From: a bacterium
GTDB lineage: Bacteria > Krumholzibacteriota > Krumholzibacteriia > G020349025
Reading direction: 5' to 3'
Assembly (NCBI GenBank): GCA_031362565.1
Contig: JANLSU010000070.1
Location: forward strand, 47,608-111,607
DNA length: 64,000 nucleotides
The stretch's first letter is position 1, and every line of letters begins with the position of its first letter. Both the position numbers and the translations under genes were made by a program. Shown in pieces: positions 11,181 to 20,134 of the stretch. A model generated the notes under the pieces. That model did no database searches, was not told where the DNA came from, and saw nothing but the letters and a program-made list of their open reading frames with translations.

Positions 11181-11257
<77 letters not shown>

Positions 11258-11265
11258 AATTTTCA

Positions 11266-11322
11266 GAGATGGCCTCGGCAGCCTGGTAGGCACTCGACCT
11301 GCACGGCTTCCGGGGCCATTTC
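11266..11322 (+). terminator. long hairpin downstream of tRNA, probable terminator
   Basis: GAGATGGCCTCGG...CCGGGGCCATTTC imperfect stem. Confidence 0.45.
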
Positions 11323-11423
11323 GTTATCCCGTCCTTGCGCTCCGAAAAGTGTCGCGGGAAAACCCGGCTGGTGAGCGCCGCGCTTCCTCCGCGATGCCGA
11401 TGAGACCCACCTGATCCTCGACC

Positions 11424-11452
11424 TTGACACCATGTCGAATCTGACATAATAT
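11424..11452 (+). promoter_or_regulatory. sigma-70 promoter with palindromic operator for the TA operon
   Basis: TTGACA-17 nt-TAATAT; ATGTC-N6-GACAT inverted repeat between the boxes; ATG 6 nt after the -10 box. Confidence 0.75.
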
Positions 11453-11458
11453 TTGCTT

Positions 11459-11801
11459 ATGGGTGGCGAGGAAAAGGTGCTCGTGTGGCTGCGAGGGGAA
11501 GTCAAAACTCCCCCGTTCTCAAAGGAGGCACGCCTGCAAGCGGGCTTTCTGTTGCGGTTGCTACAGCGAGGCGAGAGACCGGCAATGCCACCTTCCAGGC
11601 CGATGCCTACGATCGGGCCGCGCTGTCACGAACTCAGGATCAGGGACCGGGACCACGACTGGCGAATCGTTTACAGAATCGACCGTGACGCGATCGTCAT
11701 CGCCGAGGTGTTCGAGAAAAAAATCGCCGAAAACACCGCAGCGCGTGATTGATGACGCAAAGCAACGGCTGGCGAGATACGACACCGACAGTAGAGAGTA
11801 G
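11459..11801 (+). pseudogene. RelE/HigB-like (Gp49/DUF891) toxin, frameshifted at A7 run
   Basis: KTPPFS...SRPMPTIGPRCHELRI...WRIVYRID...VFEKK continues in the +1 frame as SPKTPQRVIDDAKQRLARYD; A7 at 11717-11723 where A6 restores the frame. Confidence 0.8.
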
Positions 11802-11810
11802 AATGTGATC

Positions 11811-12134
11811 ATGAAGCAAGAGAAGCGCAAGAGGCTAACGCAAAGAGGATGGGAAGTCGGTAATGCCAAGGACTTCCTCGGACTGTCCGAGGACGAGGCG
11901 CTGTTTCTGGAGCTCAAACTTGCACTGTCGCTTTTCCTGCGCCAGCGGCGCATGCGGCAGCATCTTACCCAGGAACAACTAGCCCAGCTGCTGAAATCAA
12001 GTCAGTCTCGTATCGCGAAGATGGAGGCTGGTGATCCGTCAGTGACCATCGACTTGCTCATGCGGGCCTTGCTCCAGCTCGGAACGACGAAGAAGGAGAT
12101 CGCGAAGGCGATCTTGGAGCGTCAAGCCGCCTGA
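11811..12134 (+). CDS. XRE-family HTH antitoxin (HigA-like)
   Basis: GWEVGNAKDFLGLS, LTQEQLAQLLKSSQSRIAKMEAGDPSVTIDLL; directly after toxin. Confidence 0.88.
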   Translation: MKQEKRKRLTQRGWEVGNAKDFLGLSEDEALFLELKLALSLFLRQRRMRQHLTQEQLAQLLKSSQSRIAKMEAGDPSVTIDLLMRALLQLGTTKKEIAKAILERQAA

Positions 12135-12183
12135 CCAGGACCTCGCGGGCGGATGATGATGCGGCGGTGGAGGCTGCGGCAAC

Positions 12184-13179
12184 GTGCGTGCGTACTATTC
12201 CGATCGATACGTGCTGGCGCTGCCGCGGGCGCACGCTTTTCCGATGCAGAAATACGCTGCGCTGCGCGATCGCCTCGTCGCCGAAGGAACACTGCGCGCC
12301 ACCGACGTGACCGAGCCGGCGCCTGTCGGCCGCGACACGATTCTGCTCGCCCACACGGCCGACTATCACGATCGCTTCGTCGCCGGACAACTGACGCGCC
12401 CCGAACAACTGCGCTTAGGCGTGCCGTGGTCCGAGACACTCGTTGGGCGGGCCCGGGTGTCGGTCGGCGGCACGTTGGCGGCGGCGCATGCAGCGCTCGA
12501 GAACGGCGTGGCCGCCAACTTGGGTGGCGGAACGCATCATGCGTTCGCGGATCATGGCGAAGGCTTTTGCGTCTTCAACGATATCGCAATTGCCATTCGC
12601 GCCCTGCGCGCCACCGGACGGATTGGTTGCGCTGCGGTCGTCGACTGCGACGTGCACCACGGCAATGGCACGGCGGCGATCTTCGCGGCGGACCCCGCGA
12701 CATACACGTTGTCGCTGCATTCGGCACGCAACTATCCGGCGCTCAAACCACCCAGCACGGTCGACGTCGCGTTCCCCGACCGGACCGGGGATGCGGCGTA
12801 TCTCACCGCGCTCGAACGTGAACTCACCCGCCTCTTCGCGGCATTTGCGCCCGACATCGTGTTCTATCAAGCGGGCGTCGATCCGTACCACGACGATCGA
12901 TTGGGGCGTCTCGCGCTCACCCTGGATGGACTGCGGAGCCGGGACGAGCTCGTCTTGAGTGCGTGTTGGCGGCGCGGCATCCCCTGTGTGATCACCCTCG
13001 GCGGCGGGTATGCCCGCGACGTCAACGACACGGTCGAGGCACACTGCAACACGTTGCGCGCTGCGAGTGCTCTCGCGCTTGCAGCGTCCGGACGCGGCAC
13101 TGCAGCGCATTCAGCGACGAGCGTCGAGCCGAACCCTGTTCCGCTCCCGGACGGCATACAATCGTCCTGGGGTCCGTAG
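12184..13179 (+). CDS. histone deacetylase-family zinc hydrolase
   Basis: HAFPMQKY, GGTHHA, GFCVFND, DCDVHHGNGT, GVDPY..D.LG, LGGGY. Confidence 0.93.
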   Translation: MRAYYSDRYVLALPRAHAFPMQKYAALRDRLVAEGTLRATDVTEPAPVGRDTILLAHTADYHDRFVAGQLTRPEQLRLGVPWSETLVGRARVSVGGTLAAAHAALENGVAANLGGGTHHAFADHGEGFCVFNDIAIAIRALRATGRIGCAAVVDCDVHHGNGTAAIFAADPATYTLSLHSARNYPALKPPSTVDVAFPDRTGDAAYLTALERELTRLFAAFAPDIVFYQAGVDPYHDDRLGRLALTLDGLRSRDELVLSACWRRGIPCVITLGGGYARDVNDTVEAHCNTLRAASALALAASGRGTAAHSATSVEPNPVPLPDGIQSSWGP

Positions 13180-13202
13180 GGTTCGAAAGCCGGGAGCGCG
13201 AC

Positions 13203-14348
13203 GTGACGAACGGCAGAGAGAACGCGCCTGCAGCAAGCTCATTGAGCGGCCAACGCCGCCTGCCACAGATCGACGCGCGGTCCCTTGGCCTGTTCCGAAT
13301 CGTGGTCGCATTCCTGCTCGGCGCTCTCTTCATCGCGCCGCCGGACGTTGTCTCGGGACTCGCGTTCCGCTGTGGTCTTGCGGGGCTGAACCATTCGAGT
13401 CTCGCCGGTGCAACTCGCGCGGTGGGCGCCCTTGGCGCCTTGGGCTTGCTGGTTGGATTGCGGTCCCGGGGCGCACTGGGTGTAGTGCTGGCGGCGCTCG
13501 TCGCGTGGAGCGCCTTCGCGCCGCAATTCGATGCGCTCAACGGCGGTGTTCTGGTGGCGATGCTTGCCGCGATGTTCCAGGTGCCGATTGCGGCGCGCTT
13601 TTCGTTCGACACGGTGGCGAATGCGATGCGGCGCGGTGTTCGCCTCGACAGGCGGCCGGCCGACGGTGTGCCCGCAACGACGACCCTGGCGCCGTCGCGC
13701 CGAACCATCGCCTTCGGTGTCATCACCGGGGCGGGTGGACTCTGGACCGTAGTGCTCTGGGCGGCGGCGCATTCGGCAATGCCCGGCGGCGGCGGGTATG
13801 ACCTGCTGCTCCTCGTGCTGCTCGCAACAATCCTGCTTCTCCTGGGCGCCCGCCAGTGGAACGCCGCGGCGCATGCGGCACTCCGCCCGACCCGCGCCGC
13901 ATGGGTGTACTACGACGATTCGTGCGGCTTCTGTTTTCGCTGCTGCCAGTGGCTGGCGCTCGCCGACGGTGCCGGGCGTTTGACGTTCATCGGCGCCGGC
14001 GATCGCGCCGCACACTTGCACCCGATTCCCGCCGCGGATTTGGAGACGAGCGTCGTGGTGGTGGATGCCGCAAGCGGTGCCGTGTTGCGCCAGGCGCGGG
14101 CCGCGGCAGCGATCATCCGCGCGCTCCCCGCCCCCTATCACCCCTTGCGGGCGATGGCGTGGCCGGGCGTGGTGTGGTTTGCCGATCGTGCCTACGATTT
14201 CGTGGCGCGCAATCGGCATCGCATTTCACTGTGGATGGGAGCGCCGGCCTGTGGCGTCGATGGGCGCCAAACCGTTGCCAAGACGGGCCCCAAAGACGAA
14301 GGCCGCGCGCGTCGCGAGCCCACAGAGCCCACACGTGCGCGGCCTTGA
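13203..14348 (+). CDS. membrane protein (HTTM-like N-terminus) fused to DCC1/DUF393 thiol-disulfide domain
   Basis: IDARSLGLFRI start, several TMs, YYDDSCGFC, AYDFVARNRH. Confidence 0.75.
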   Translation: MTNGRENAPAASSLSGQRRLPQIDARSLGLFRIVVAFLLGALFIAPPDVVSGLAFRCGLAGLNHSSLAGATRAVGALGALGLLVGLRSRGALGVVLAALVAWSAFAPQFDALNGGVLVAMLAAMFQVPIAARFSFDTVANAMRRGVRLDRRPADGVPATTTLAPSRRTIAFGVITGAGGLWTVVLWAAAHSAMPGGGGYDLLLLVLLATILLLLGARQWNAAAHAALRPTRAAWVYYDDSCGFCFRCCQWLALADGAGRLTFIGAGDRAAHLHPIPAADLETSVVVVDAASGAVLRQARAAAAIIRALPAPYHPLRAMAWPGVVWFADRAYDFVARNRHRISLWMGAPACGVDGRQTVAKTGPKDEGRARREPTEPTRARP

Positions 14349-14363
14349 AATCGTCGCGATGCC

Positions 14364-14633
14364 TTACGCCGCAGTTGCCGGCTTGGTTTTGGCGGAGCGG
14401 ATCTTCTTCACGGGCTTGACCCCGAGCCGCCGCTTCGCCTCTTCGGCATCGTACCGGTTACGAACCGGACGCCGCTTGATTTCAGCGAGCTGCGCTTCTT
14501 CCTCGCCCAGCTTCTCGCGCTTCCAGGGCGCAATGGCGTGGGTGAGGATTTGCGACAGTCGCGGACCCAGCGGGTCGAGTTCCTTGTCTTTGTCTTTTGC
14601 CGCGACCTTCGCGGCGGCGGTTGCTTGTTTCAT
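14364..14633 (-). CDS. small basic hypothetical protein
   Basis: 89-aa Lys/Ala-rich ORF filling the gap between flanking genes. Confidence 0.5.
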   Translation of the reverse strand: MKQATAAAKVAAKDKDKELDPLGPRLSQILTHAIAPWKREKLGEEEAQLAEIKRRPVRNRYDAEEAKRRLGVKPVKKIRSAKTKPATAA

Positions 14634-14781
14634 ACTGTAATGTACCCCGTCGGCCGTGGGGAAGTTTCAACGGTCCCCAGAGCGGTCCTCCAGGCACCTC
14701 GCCCAGGGACCCTCACCGGACCCAACTTGCGGTCGCGCAATGGTTTGTCCTGTAGCACCGACGTCCTGGGGAGGACTCTCG

Positions 14782-15087
14782 ATGTCTCATTCTAACACGT
14801 CCGGGGGTGGATCCCAAGCGCCACGCCGGGTTTTGTGCGTGAAACTCGGCCAGGAGCTGCAGGGCCTGCCCTATAAGCCCTTCCCGAGCGAATTGGGGCA
14901 GCGCATTTACGACCAGGTGTCGCAGGAAGCCTGGGGACAGTGGATCGAGCAGTCCAAGATGCTGGTGAACGAGAACCGGCTGAACCTGTCGATGCCGGAA
15001 TCCCGGGCCTACCTCATGGAGCAGTGCGAGAAGTTCCTGTTCGGCCCGGGCACTGCGCCGCCGCCGGACTACGTGCCGAAAAGCTGA
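14782..15087 (+). CDS. yggX: Fe(II)-trafficking / oxidative damage protection protein
   Basis: CVKLGQE...PFPSELGQRIYDQVSQEAWGQW...MLVNENRLNL; GGAGGA RBS. Confidence 0.92.
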   Translation: MSHSNTSGGGSQAPRRVLCVKLGQELQGLPYKPFPSELGQRIYDQVSQEAWGQWIEQSKMLVNENRLNLSMPESRAYLMEQCEKFLFGPGTAPPPDYVPKS

Positions 15088-15134
15088 CGCGGGCCGCGCG
15101 TTGACCGCCTTGCCCGGGCGTCTGGAATCCGCGG

Positions 15135-16121
15135 TCAGTGACTCCCCACCGTACCCGCGTCGCGCGGCACCCGGAGACTGACACGCACCACATCGCCCTC
15201 GGACGACGTCCGCATGGTGTCGAGGGCCGATCCCAGGACCAGCGCATCCTTCTTCGACATGCTGCCTGATTTGACGGCGTTCTGGGCCGCGACCCGTGCC
15301 ATGTCCTTGCCGGCATCCAGCGACACGCTGGCGATCTGCGCCGCCATCGGGTTCGGCATCGCGAGCCATAACGTGGTGGCGAGATCCTCGCCGTCCTGCC
15401 GCAAGTCGAGCCGGGCGCCATTCAGGGTGCCAAGGAGCTGCATCGGTTTCTGGTATTGCTCGAGTCCGGCGCTCATGTCGAGGCCGAGAATCCGGTCGAG
15501 GTCCTGCAGTACAGAGAACAGATCGCTGCCGTCACCGGGCGCGACGTACACGAGTGAGACGGCGGCAGGATCGGTTGCCGACGGCACCAAGAGGCCTCGA
15601 ACCGAGTCGTGGCCGTCGCCGGCCAGCGAGTGCGACAAGGTCGAAGTCTGCGCCAGAACCAAGTGCAGAGCGCGGCGCGGCCCTTCCGCGATGCACTCCG
15701 GTTCGATGAGCGTCAGCGCGCCCGTCGCTTTGCCCGCAGCCGGCTTGAACATTCGCCGGCCGGCCGCTGTTTCCAAGCCGTCACCGTGCAGATGCGCGAA
15801 TTCCTTGGCCAACGACGCCGCCGATTGGCTGAAGGCCACCGGCTGCACGGCGCCGGCTTCCGCCACATAGGCAACCGTGACCCGCTGCAACTTCCCACCC
15901 TGGAGGCGTGGCGACGCAAACGGCGCCATGACGGCGTCGATGCCGAGTGCCTCACGCGTCCGCGGCTGCGCCGCCGCGCGGGCGGGATCGATCTGCAAGA
16001 GCACGCGGGTATCCGCCGGAAACCAGCGCGTCAGATCGATCTCGGCCTGAACACTGGCGTTGGCGCCGAGCCCTATCGAGATCGCTGCGCCGGCTACGAA
16101 TGCAAGTTGCCGCAGCTGCAC
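15135..16121 (-). CDS. exported hypothetical protein
   Basis: GAGGAG RBS, signal peptide ending SVQA, 'WFPADTRVLLQID' start typical of DUF3352-like proteins. Confidence 0.6.
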   Translation of the reverse strand: MQLRQLAFVAGAAISIGLGANASVQAEIDLTRWFPADTRVLLQIDPARAAAQPRTREALGIDAVMAPFASPRLQGGKLQRVTVAYVAEAGAVQPVAFSQSAASLAKEFAHLHGDGLETAAGRRMFKPAAGKATGALTLIEPECIAEGPRRALHLVLAQTSTLSHSLAGDGHDSVRGLLVPSATDPAAVSLVYVAPGDGSDLFSVLQDLDRILGLDMSAGLEQYQKPMQLLGTLNGARLDLRQDGEDLATTLWLAMPNPMAAQIASVSLDAGKDMARVAAQNAVKSGSMSKKDALVLGSALDTMRTSSEGDVVRVSLRVPRDAGTVGSH

Positions 16122-16273
16122 CGCCCCACACTCCTCGTTCGGGTGAACCGAACTCGGACTGGGGGGCAGGCCGGTGGATCCGGCGTGCGCTCCACGGTCA
16201 ACGAGCCGATCGAGCCCACCGGAGTGTACGAACATCGGCGCCGGAGCGCCAAGGAGCGATTCCGGATCGACCG

Positions 16274-16321
16274 CTACCGGTACTGTGTCTTGAGCCCGCT
16301 CCAGCTCAGGTCACGGATGGC
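16274..16321 (-). other. shared C-terminal motif copy 1: AIRDLSWSGLKTQYR*
   Basis: Aligns without gaps to tails at 37653-37700 and 43793-43840. Confidence 0.8.
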
Positions 16322-17587
16322 GGTCGAGGTAAAAGGGGATTCGAAGGCCCCGACGTCCGGCCCTCGTCCAACCACACCCCGTGGATCGGCGCCGAGCGGC
16401 GGGCTCCACTGTGAGTTGGGGCTCGGGCCCGCAGCCGGATCGGCCGCGTCGATGCATGGTGAGCCGGAAGCCAGGCGGTAGTCGCCGGCCGTCGGGTTCT
16501 GGAACTTCGGTGAACTGCCTTGCAGGCTGTTGACCAGACCGGGCACGACGCGGCCATTGCCGAGCCAATTATTGCGCCCTTCCAAACTCCCCGTTCCCGA
16601 GAACACCGTCGCGCCGCCCGCGAGCACGTTGTTGTCGAGGATGTTGCGCGCCGCGATGCTCGAAACGAGGACGTTGCGAGTCGGCTGGCCGACGAGCGTG
16701 TTGTAGGCCATGCGCAGCGTTCCAGCGCGGCCGTCTTCGAAACGCACGAAGTGGGTTTGCTGGGCCGAGGTGGCGCTCTTGATGATCACATTGCCGAGCA
16801 ACAGCGTCTCACCTTGATCGCCGGATCCATCGCCCGCCAGGCTCACCTCGTAGCCTTCGATCGCCCCATTCTCGATACGGTTGTATTGCAGCCGCAGGTT
16901 GTGGGTGCGGTCCTTGTAGCAGGTCCCGTATTGCGAGTCGTGGATCCAGTTGTGCTGGATGACGAAGTCGCTGCCACCGCTCATGTAGAAATCGTGCGCC
17001 GGGCCTTGCAGCCCGCCGTTGTGGTGCACGTTGCAGAATTGGACGGTGACCCGCGTCGCGCCGGACGCCGACATGAAGCCGTTCCAGCAGTCGGTGACTT
17101 CACATTCTTGTACGACGACGTCGGCGCAACCCACCAGGAAGAAACCGCGCGCGTTGGTCTGCGCGCCGCGCATGCCGCTGACGGTGAAATTTTCGAAGAC
17201 CCACCACGCGTTGCCCTGCTCCACGTCCCACAAGGCTTTCGAGTTGGTGAGTTGGGCGCCGCTGACGATCGTCGCGCCGATCCCGGCGCCACGGACGACG
17301 ATGGGCCGGCCGACTGCACCGCTGCCCAACGGCTTCAGCATGGCGGTGGGTGCGAAAGTGCCGGCGTCCAACACGATGGAGTCGCCAGGACCATACGTAT
17401 GGCCGTTGATTGCGGCATCGATCGTCGGGTAAGTGCGGCCCGGACCGACCCGCACGAGAGCGGCCTGCACGGCATGGGGTGTAGCAAGTGCGGCGACGAT
17501 GAAGCAACTCGCCCACAGGCCCGCGCGGCGTGTGGCGCCATCGACACGCATTCTGAAAAACCGGCTCCGAATTGGCTGGATCTGCAT
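16274..17587 (-). CDS. secreted right-handed beta-helix (pectin lyase-like) protein with W-K-Y tail
   Basis: VGPGRTYPTI, parallel beta-helix repeats, DYRLASGSPCIDA, PDVGAFE. Confidence 0.8.
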   Translation of the reverse strand: MQIQPIRSRFFRMRVDGATRRAGLWASCFIVAALATPHAVQAALVRVGPGRTYPTIDAAINGHTYGPGDSIVLDAGTFAPTAMLKPLGSGAVGRPIVVRGAGIGATIVSGAQLTNSKALWDVEQGNAWWVFENFTVSGMRGAQTNARGFFLVGCADVVVQECEVTDCWNGFMSASGATRVTVQFCNVHHNGGLQGPAHDFYMSGGSDFVIQHNWIHDSQYGTCYKDRTHNLRLQYNRIENGAIEGYEVSLAGDGSGDQGETLLLGNVIIKSATSAQQTHFVRFEDGRAGTLRMAYNTLVGQPTRNVLVSSIAARNILDNNVLAGGATVFSGTGSLEGRNNWLGNGRVVPGLVNSLQGSSPKFQNPTAGDYRLASGSPCIDAADPAAGPSPNSQWSPPLGADPRGVVGRGPDVGAFESPFTSTAIRDLSWSGLKTQYR

Positions 17588-17662
17588 GGGTTCCGCCTCC
17601 CGTCCCATCGCGTCCGAACGCCCCCGGGCGTTCAAGTGCCGAGCGGCACCATCGCACGGACA

Positions 17663-17678
17663 AGCAATCTCCGGACCC
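17663..17678 (-). promoter_or_regulatory. candidate sigma-54 promoter for 16274..17587
   Basis: Minus strand gGGTCCGgagaTTGCT, GG-N10-GC. Confidence 0.4.
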
Positions 17679-17779
17679 GCCGCGCTCCCCCGCCCGATGT
17701 CCCGACGAGCCCACACCCGCGGCCGCACCCCAGCGCTCGCCCTTGCGGAGTGCAGTTCCGTCGTTGCGGAGCGCGCGAC

Positions 17780-18973
17780 TCAGCCGCGCGACGTGCCGCG
17801 CGCTACGGCGCGGGCGCGCTCGCGTGCCCGGCGGGCTTGGATCGGGTGGCCGAGGCGCTCGTGCAGCTGCGCCAGCGTCGCTTCGACATCCGCCGAACGC
17901 AGGCCGGTGGCGCGTACCGATTGCAGAAGTTGCACTGCTTCCCCGTCCCGGCCGGTGGCCGCGAACACGTTGCCGAGGGCGAGTTGTGCGAGCACGTATC
18001 CAGGGTGCGCCGCGAGCGCCGCGCCGAGTTCGGCGATGGCTTGATCGAATCGCTCGTCGGCCGTGTAGAGAAGCCCGAGTTCGTAGCGCACGTCGGCGTA
18101 GCCCGGCGCGAGGCGCGAGGCGGCCTCGAACTGTTCGATGGCATTGGCGACTTGGCCACGCGCCGCGAAGAGAAATCCGAGTGCGATGCGCGCCTCGACT
18201 CTTTCCCCGTCGACCCGCACGGCGCGGCCGAGCGCCACCAATGCGGCGTGCTCTTCGCCACGCGATTCGTACTGCGTGCCGAGCGCGACCCAGTACGCGC
18301 CGAGATCGAGCGACAGCGACGCGCCCCATGCGAGCGCCCGGCGCGCCCCCACCTCATCGCCGCCGGCCAGAGCCAGATCTGCTGCGACACGTCCGACCGC
18401 ATCGACGTAGGGATTCCCGTCATACGCCGCCGCCCAGGCTTGCATCGATGCCTCATCTTGCACACCGTCACGCAGGATTCCGGCCGCGTGCAGCAGCGCC
18501 GGGAAGTCGCCGTCGAGTGCGCCGATGCGCCGCAATTGCGCGGACACCGCCGCCTGGTCGGCACTCTGCACGCAAACCCAGAGCCGGTTGAGTTCACGCC
18601 ATGCGACCGGCACCGGCAACGTGTCGCACGCATCAGGCGACAAGCCGGTGCCGCCAAGGCGGGCCCGGCGCACGAAGTCAATTTGGGCGCGGGCGGCATC
18701 CGGCAGCGACTGAGCGACCGCCACGGCCAAGCCCGTGCCGGAAGCGCCTTCGAACTTCGTATGCAGCCACGCGAGATTGAAGCGTGCCGTGGCGTATTGC
18801 GGATTCAAGGCCAGCGCCTGTTCGAAATCACTACGTGCACCATGTGCGTCGCCGTGATGTGCCCGCACGAGGCCGCGCAGGTTGCGCAAGTCAGCGTATG
18901 CCGGACAGGCGGTGACTCGTGCATCCAAGTGCAGCAACAACGCCTGCAAGTCACCGAAGGGGCGGGGGCTCAT
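17780..18973 (-). CDS. tetratricopeptide repeat protein
   Basis: YADLRNLRGL...ALALNPQYATARFNLA; PGYADVRYELGLLY; ATGA overlap with upstream gene. Confidence 0.8.
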   Translation of the reverse strand: MSPRPFGDLQALLLHLDARVTACPAYADLRNLRGLVRAHHGDAHGARSDFEQALALNPQYATARFNLAWLHTKFEGASGTGLAVAVAQSLPDAARAQIDFVRRARLGGTGLSPDACDTLPVPVAWRELNRLWVCVQSADQAAVSAQLRRIGALDGDFPALLHAAGILRDGVQDEASMQAWAAAYDGNPYVDAVGRVAADLALAGGDEVGARRALAWGASLSLDLGAYWVALGTQYESRGEEHAALVALGRAVRVDGERVEARIALGFLFAARGQVANAIEQFEAASRLAPGYADVRYELGLLYTADERFDQAIAELGAALAAHPGYVLAQLALGNVFAATGRDGEAVQLLQSVRATGLRSADVEATLAQLHERLGHPIQARRARERARAVARGTSRG

Positions 18974-19401
18974 GACTCCATCCCAATCTTCTCGTCGTCG
19001 TCCGGTTTTTCGGCGGTCACGTCGACCCGCTCGGCCGCAGCAGTCGGCAGGGCATACACCCGGTTGCTGCCGGTGTCCATGCCGAGGGCCGCGCCGTTCG
19101 CAGCGCGCCACTTGCCACCGCGTTTCGCGATGTTGTCGAATTTGAAGATGACGTCGCGGACATCGCGCAAGCGACGCACGTCCCGCTCCAAGTGCCGAGC
19201 GAGCAACAGTAAGCGCTCGATGGCGCCACCTTCGACGGACGCATCGAGACGGCGGCGGGGGTCCTCCATCGTCGTCTCGAAGTGTCCGAGGATGTAGATG
19301 ACGCCGTTCGTAGTGCCGATCTGCAGGCGCGACACATCCACCCAGCGGCTCACGAGGTAGCGCCGGACTTCAGCGTTGATTCTGTAGTCTTGCGCCGACA
19401 T
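18970..19401 (-). CDS. hypothetical protein, BON-domain-like, no signal peptide
   Basis: DYRINAEVRRYL...LQIGTTNGVIYILG...VRDVIF resembles the BON pattern; GGAGG RBS. Confidence 0.55.
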   Translation of the reverse strand: MSAQDYRINAEVRRYLVSRWVDVSRLQIGTTNGVIYILGHFETTMEDPRRRLDASVEGGAIERLLLLARHLERDVRRLRDVRDVIFKFDNIAKRGGKWRAANGAALGMDTGSNRVYALPTAAAERVDVTAEKPDDDEKIGMES

Positions 19402-19477
19402 GCGCCTCCACGCGAGCGCCCGTGGGACGCCGCTCGGGAGTCATGCGCAAGAACTACGCCGTGGAGGCAGGCGCCGC

Positions 19478-19882
19478 CTATTCCGGACGGTAGGTGGCGC
19501 AGCAGGCGGGTGTTTCCCAAAAATCGACGGCGACGACCGGCAGATCCGCGGCGCGGGCCTGGTCGTACACGAGCCGCGCCAAATTCTCGGCGGTGGGATT
19601 GCAGTCCAGAACAACGACGGGCTCACCGAGCGCCCGCAGCGTGGCCAGCGCCGGATCGTTTTCGTGCAGGATCATCCGGTGGTCCCACGCCTCATCCAGC
19701 CACCGGCCGAGCCGGTCCCGGAGTTCGAGAAAGTCGACGACCATGCCTTGGGCATCGAGGTCCGGCGCCTCGAGGTGCAGCACGACGCGCGCATTGTGGC
19801 CGTGCAACTGCGCGCACTTGCCCACATAGTCGATCAAACGGTGCCCGTAGCAGAATCCGAGCTCGCGTGCGATCCGGTACAT
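19478..19882 (-). CDS. queD: 6-carboxytetrahydropterin synthase (PTPS-I/QueD type)
   Basis: CYGHRL, C-x3-HGHN, GMVVDF, WDHRM, NPTAENLA, WETP. Confidence 0.85.
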   Translation of the reverse strand: MYRIARELGFCYGHRLIDYVGKCAQLHGHNARVVLHLEAPDLDAQGMVVDFLELRDRLGRWLDEAWDHRMILHENDPALATLRALGEPVVVLDCNPTAENLARLVYDQARAADLPVVAVDFWETPACCATYRPE

Positions 19883-20134
19883 GCCGCCTCCTCGAGCCGA
19901 CAGTGTAGCAGGGGCACGCGGCCTCCAGGGCGGCACGCGCGCCCGTTGGGCGGAGCATTTTCCGGCGTGTGGAAAAAAGGCCCGCGCCCGGCACACCTCG
20001 GTGCGGCGGCCACGGTCGAGGCAAGGCAGGGATTCGCGGCCGGCGTTTTTTCTGGCCGACCCCCTTGGGAATTCGCACCCCCGTCAGGTATGCTCCCACT
20101 CGTTGCCTTCAGCCCAATCCGGACGCGGAGAAGC

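Noticed and set aside
16520..19297. 925-aa plus-strand ORF
   Set aside because: Antisense shadow of three minus-strand genes; Arg/Ala-rich with no motifs, as expected in high-GC DNA
19400..20134. N-terminal extension making a 737-aa S1 protein
   Set aside because: Overlaps queD antisense; ATG 20135 with a GGAGA RBS is the likelier start
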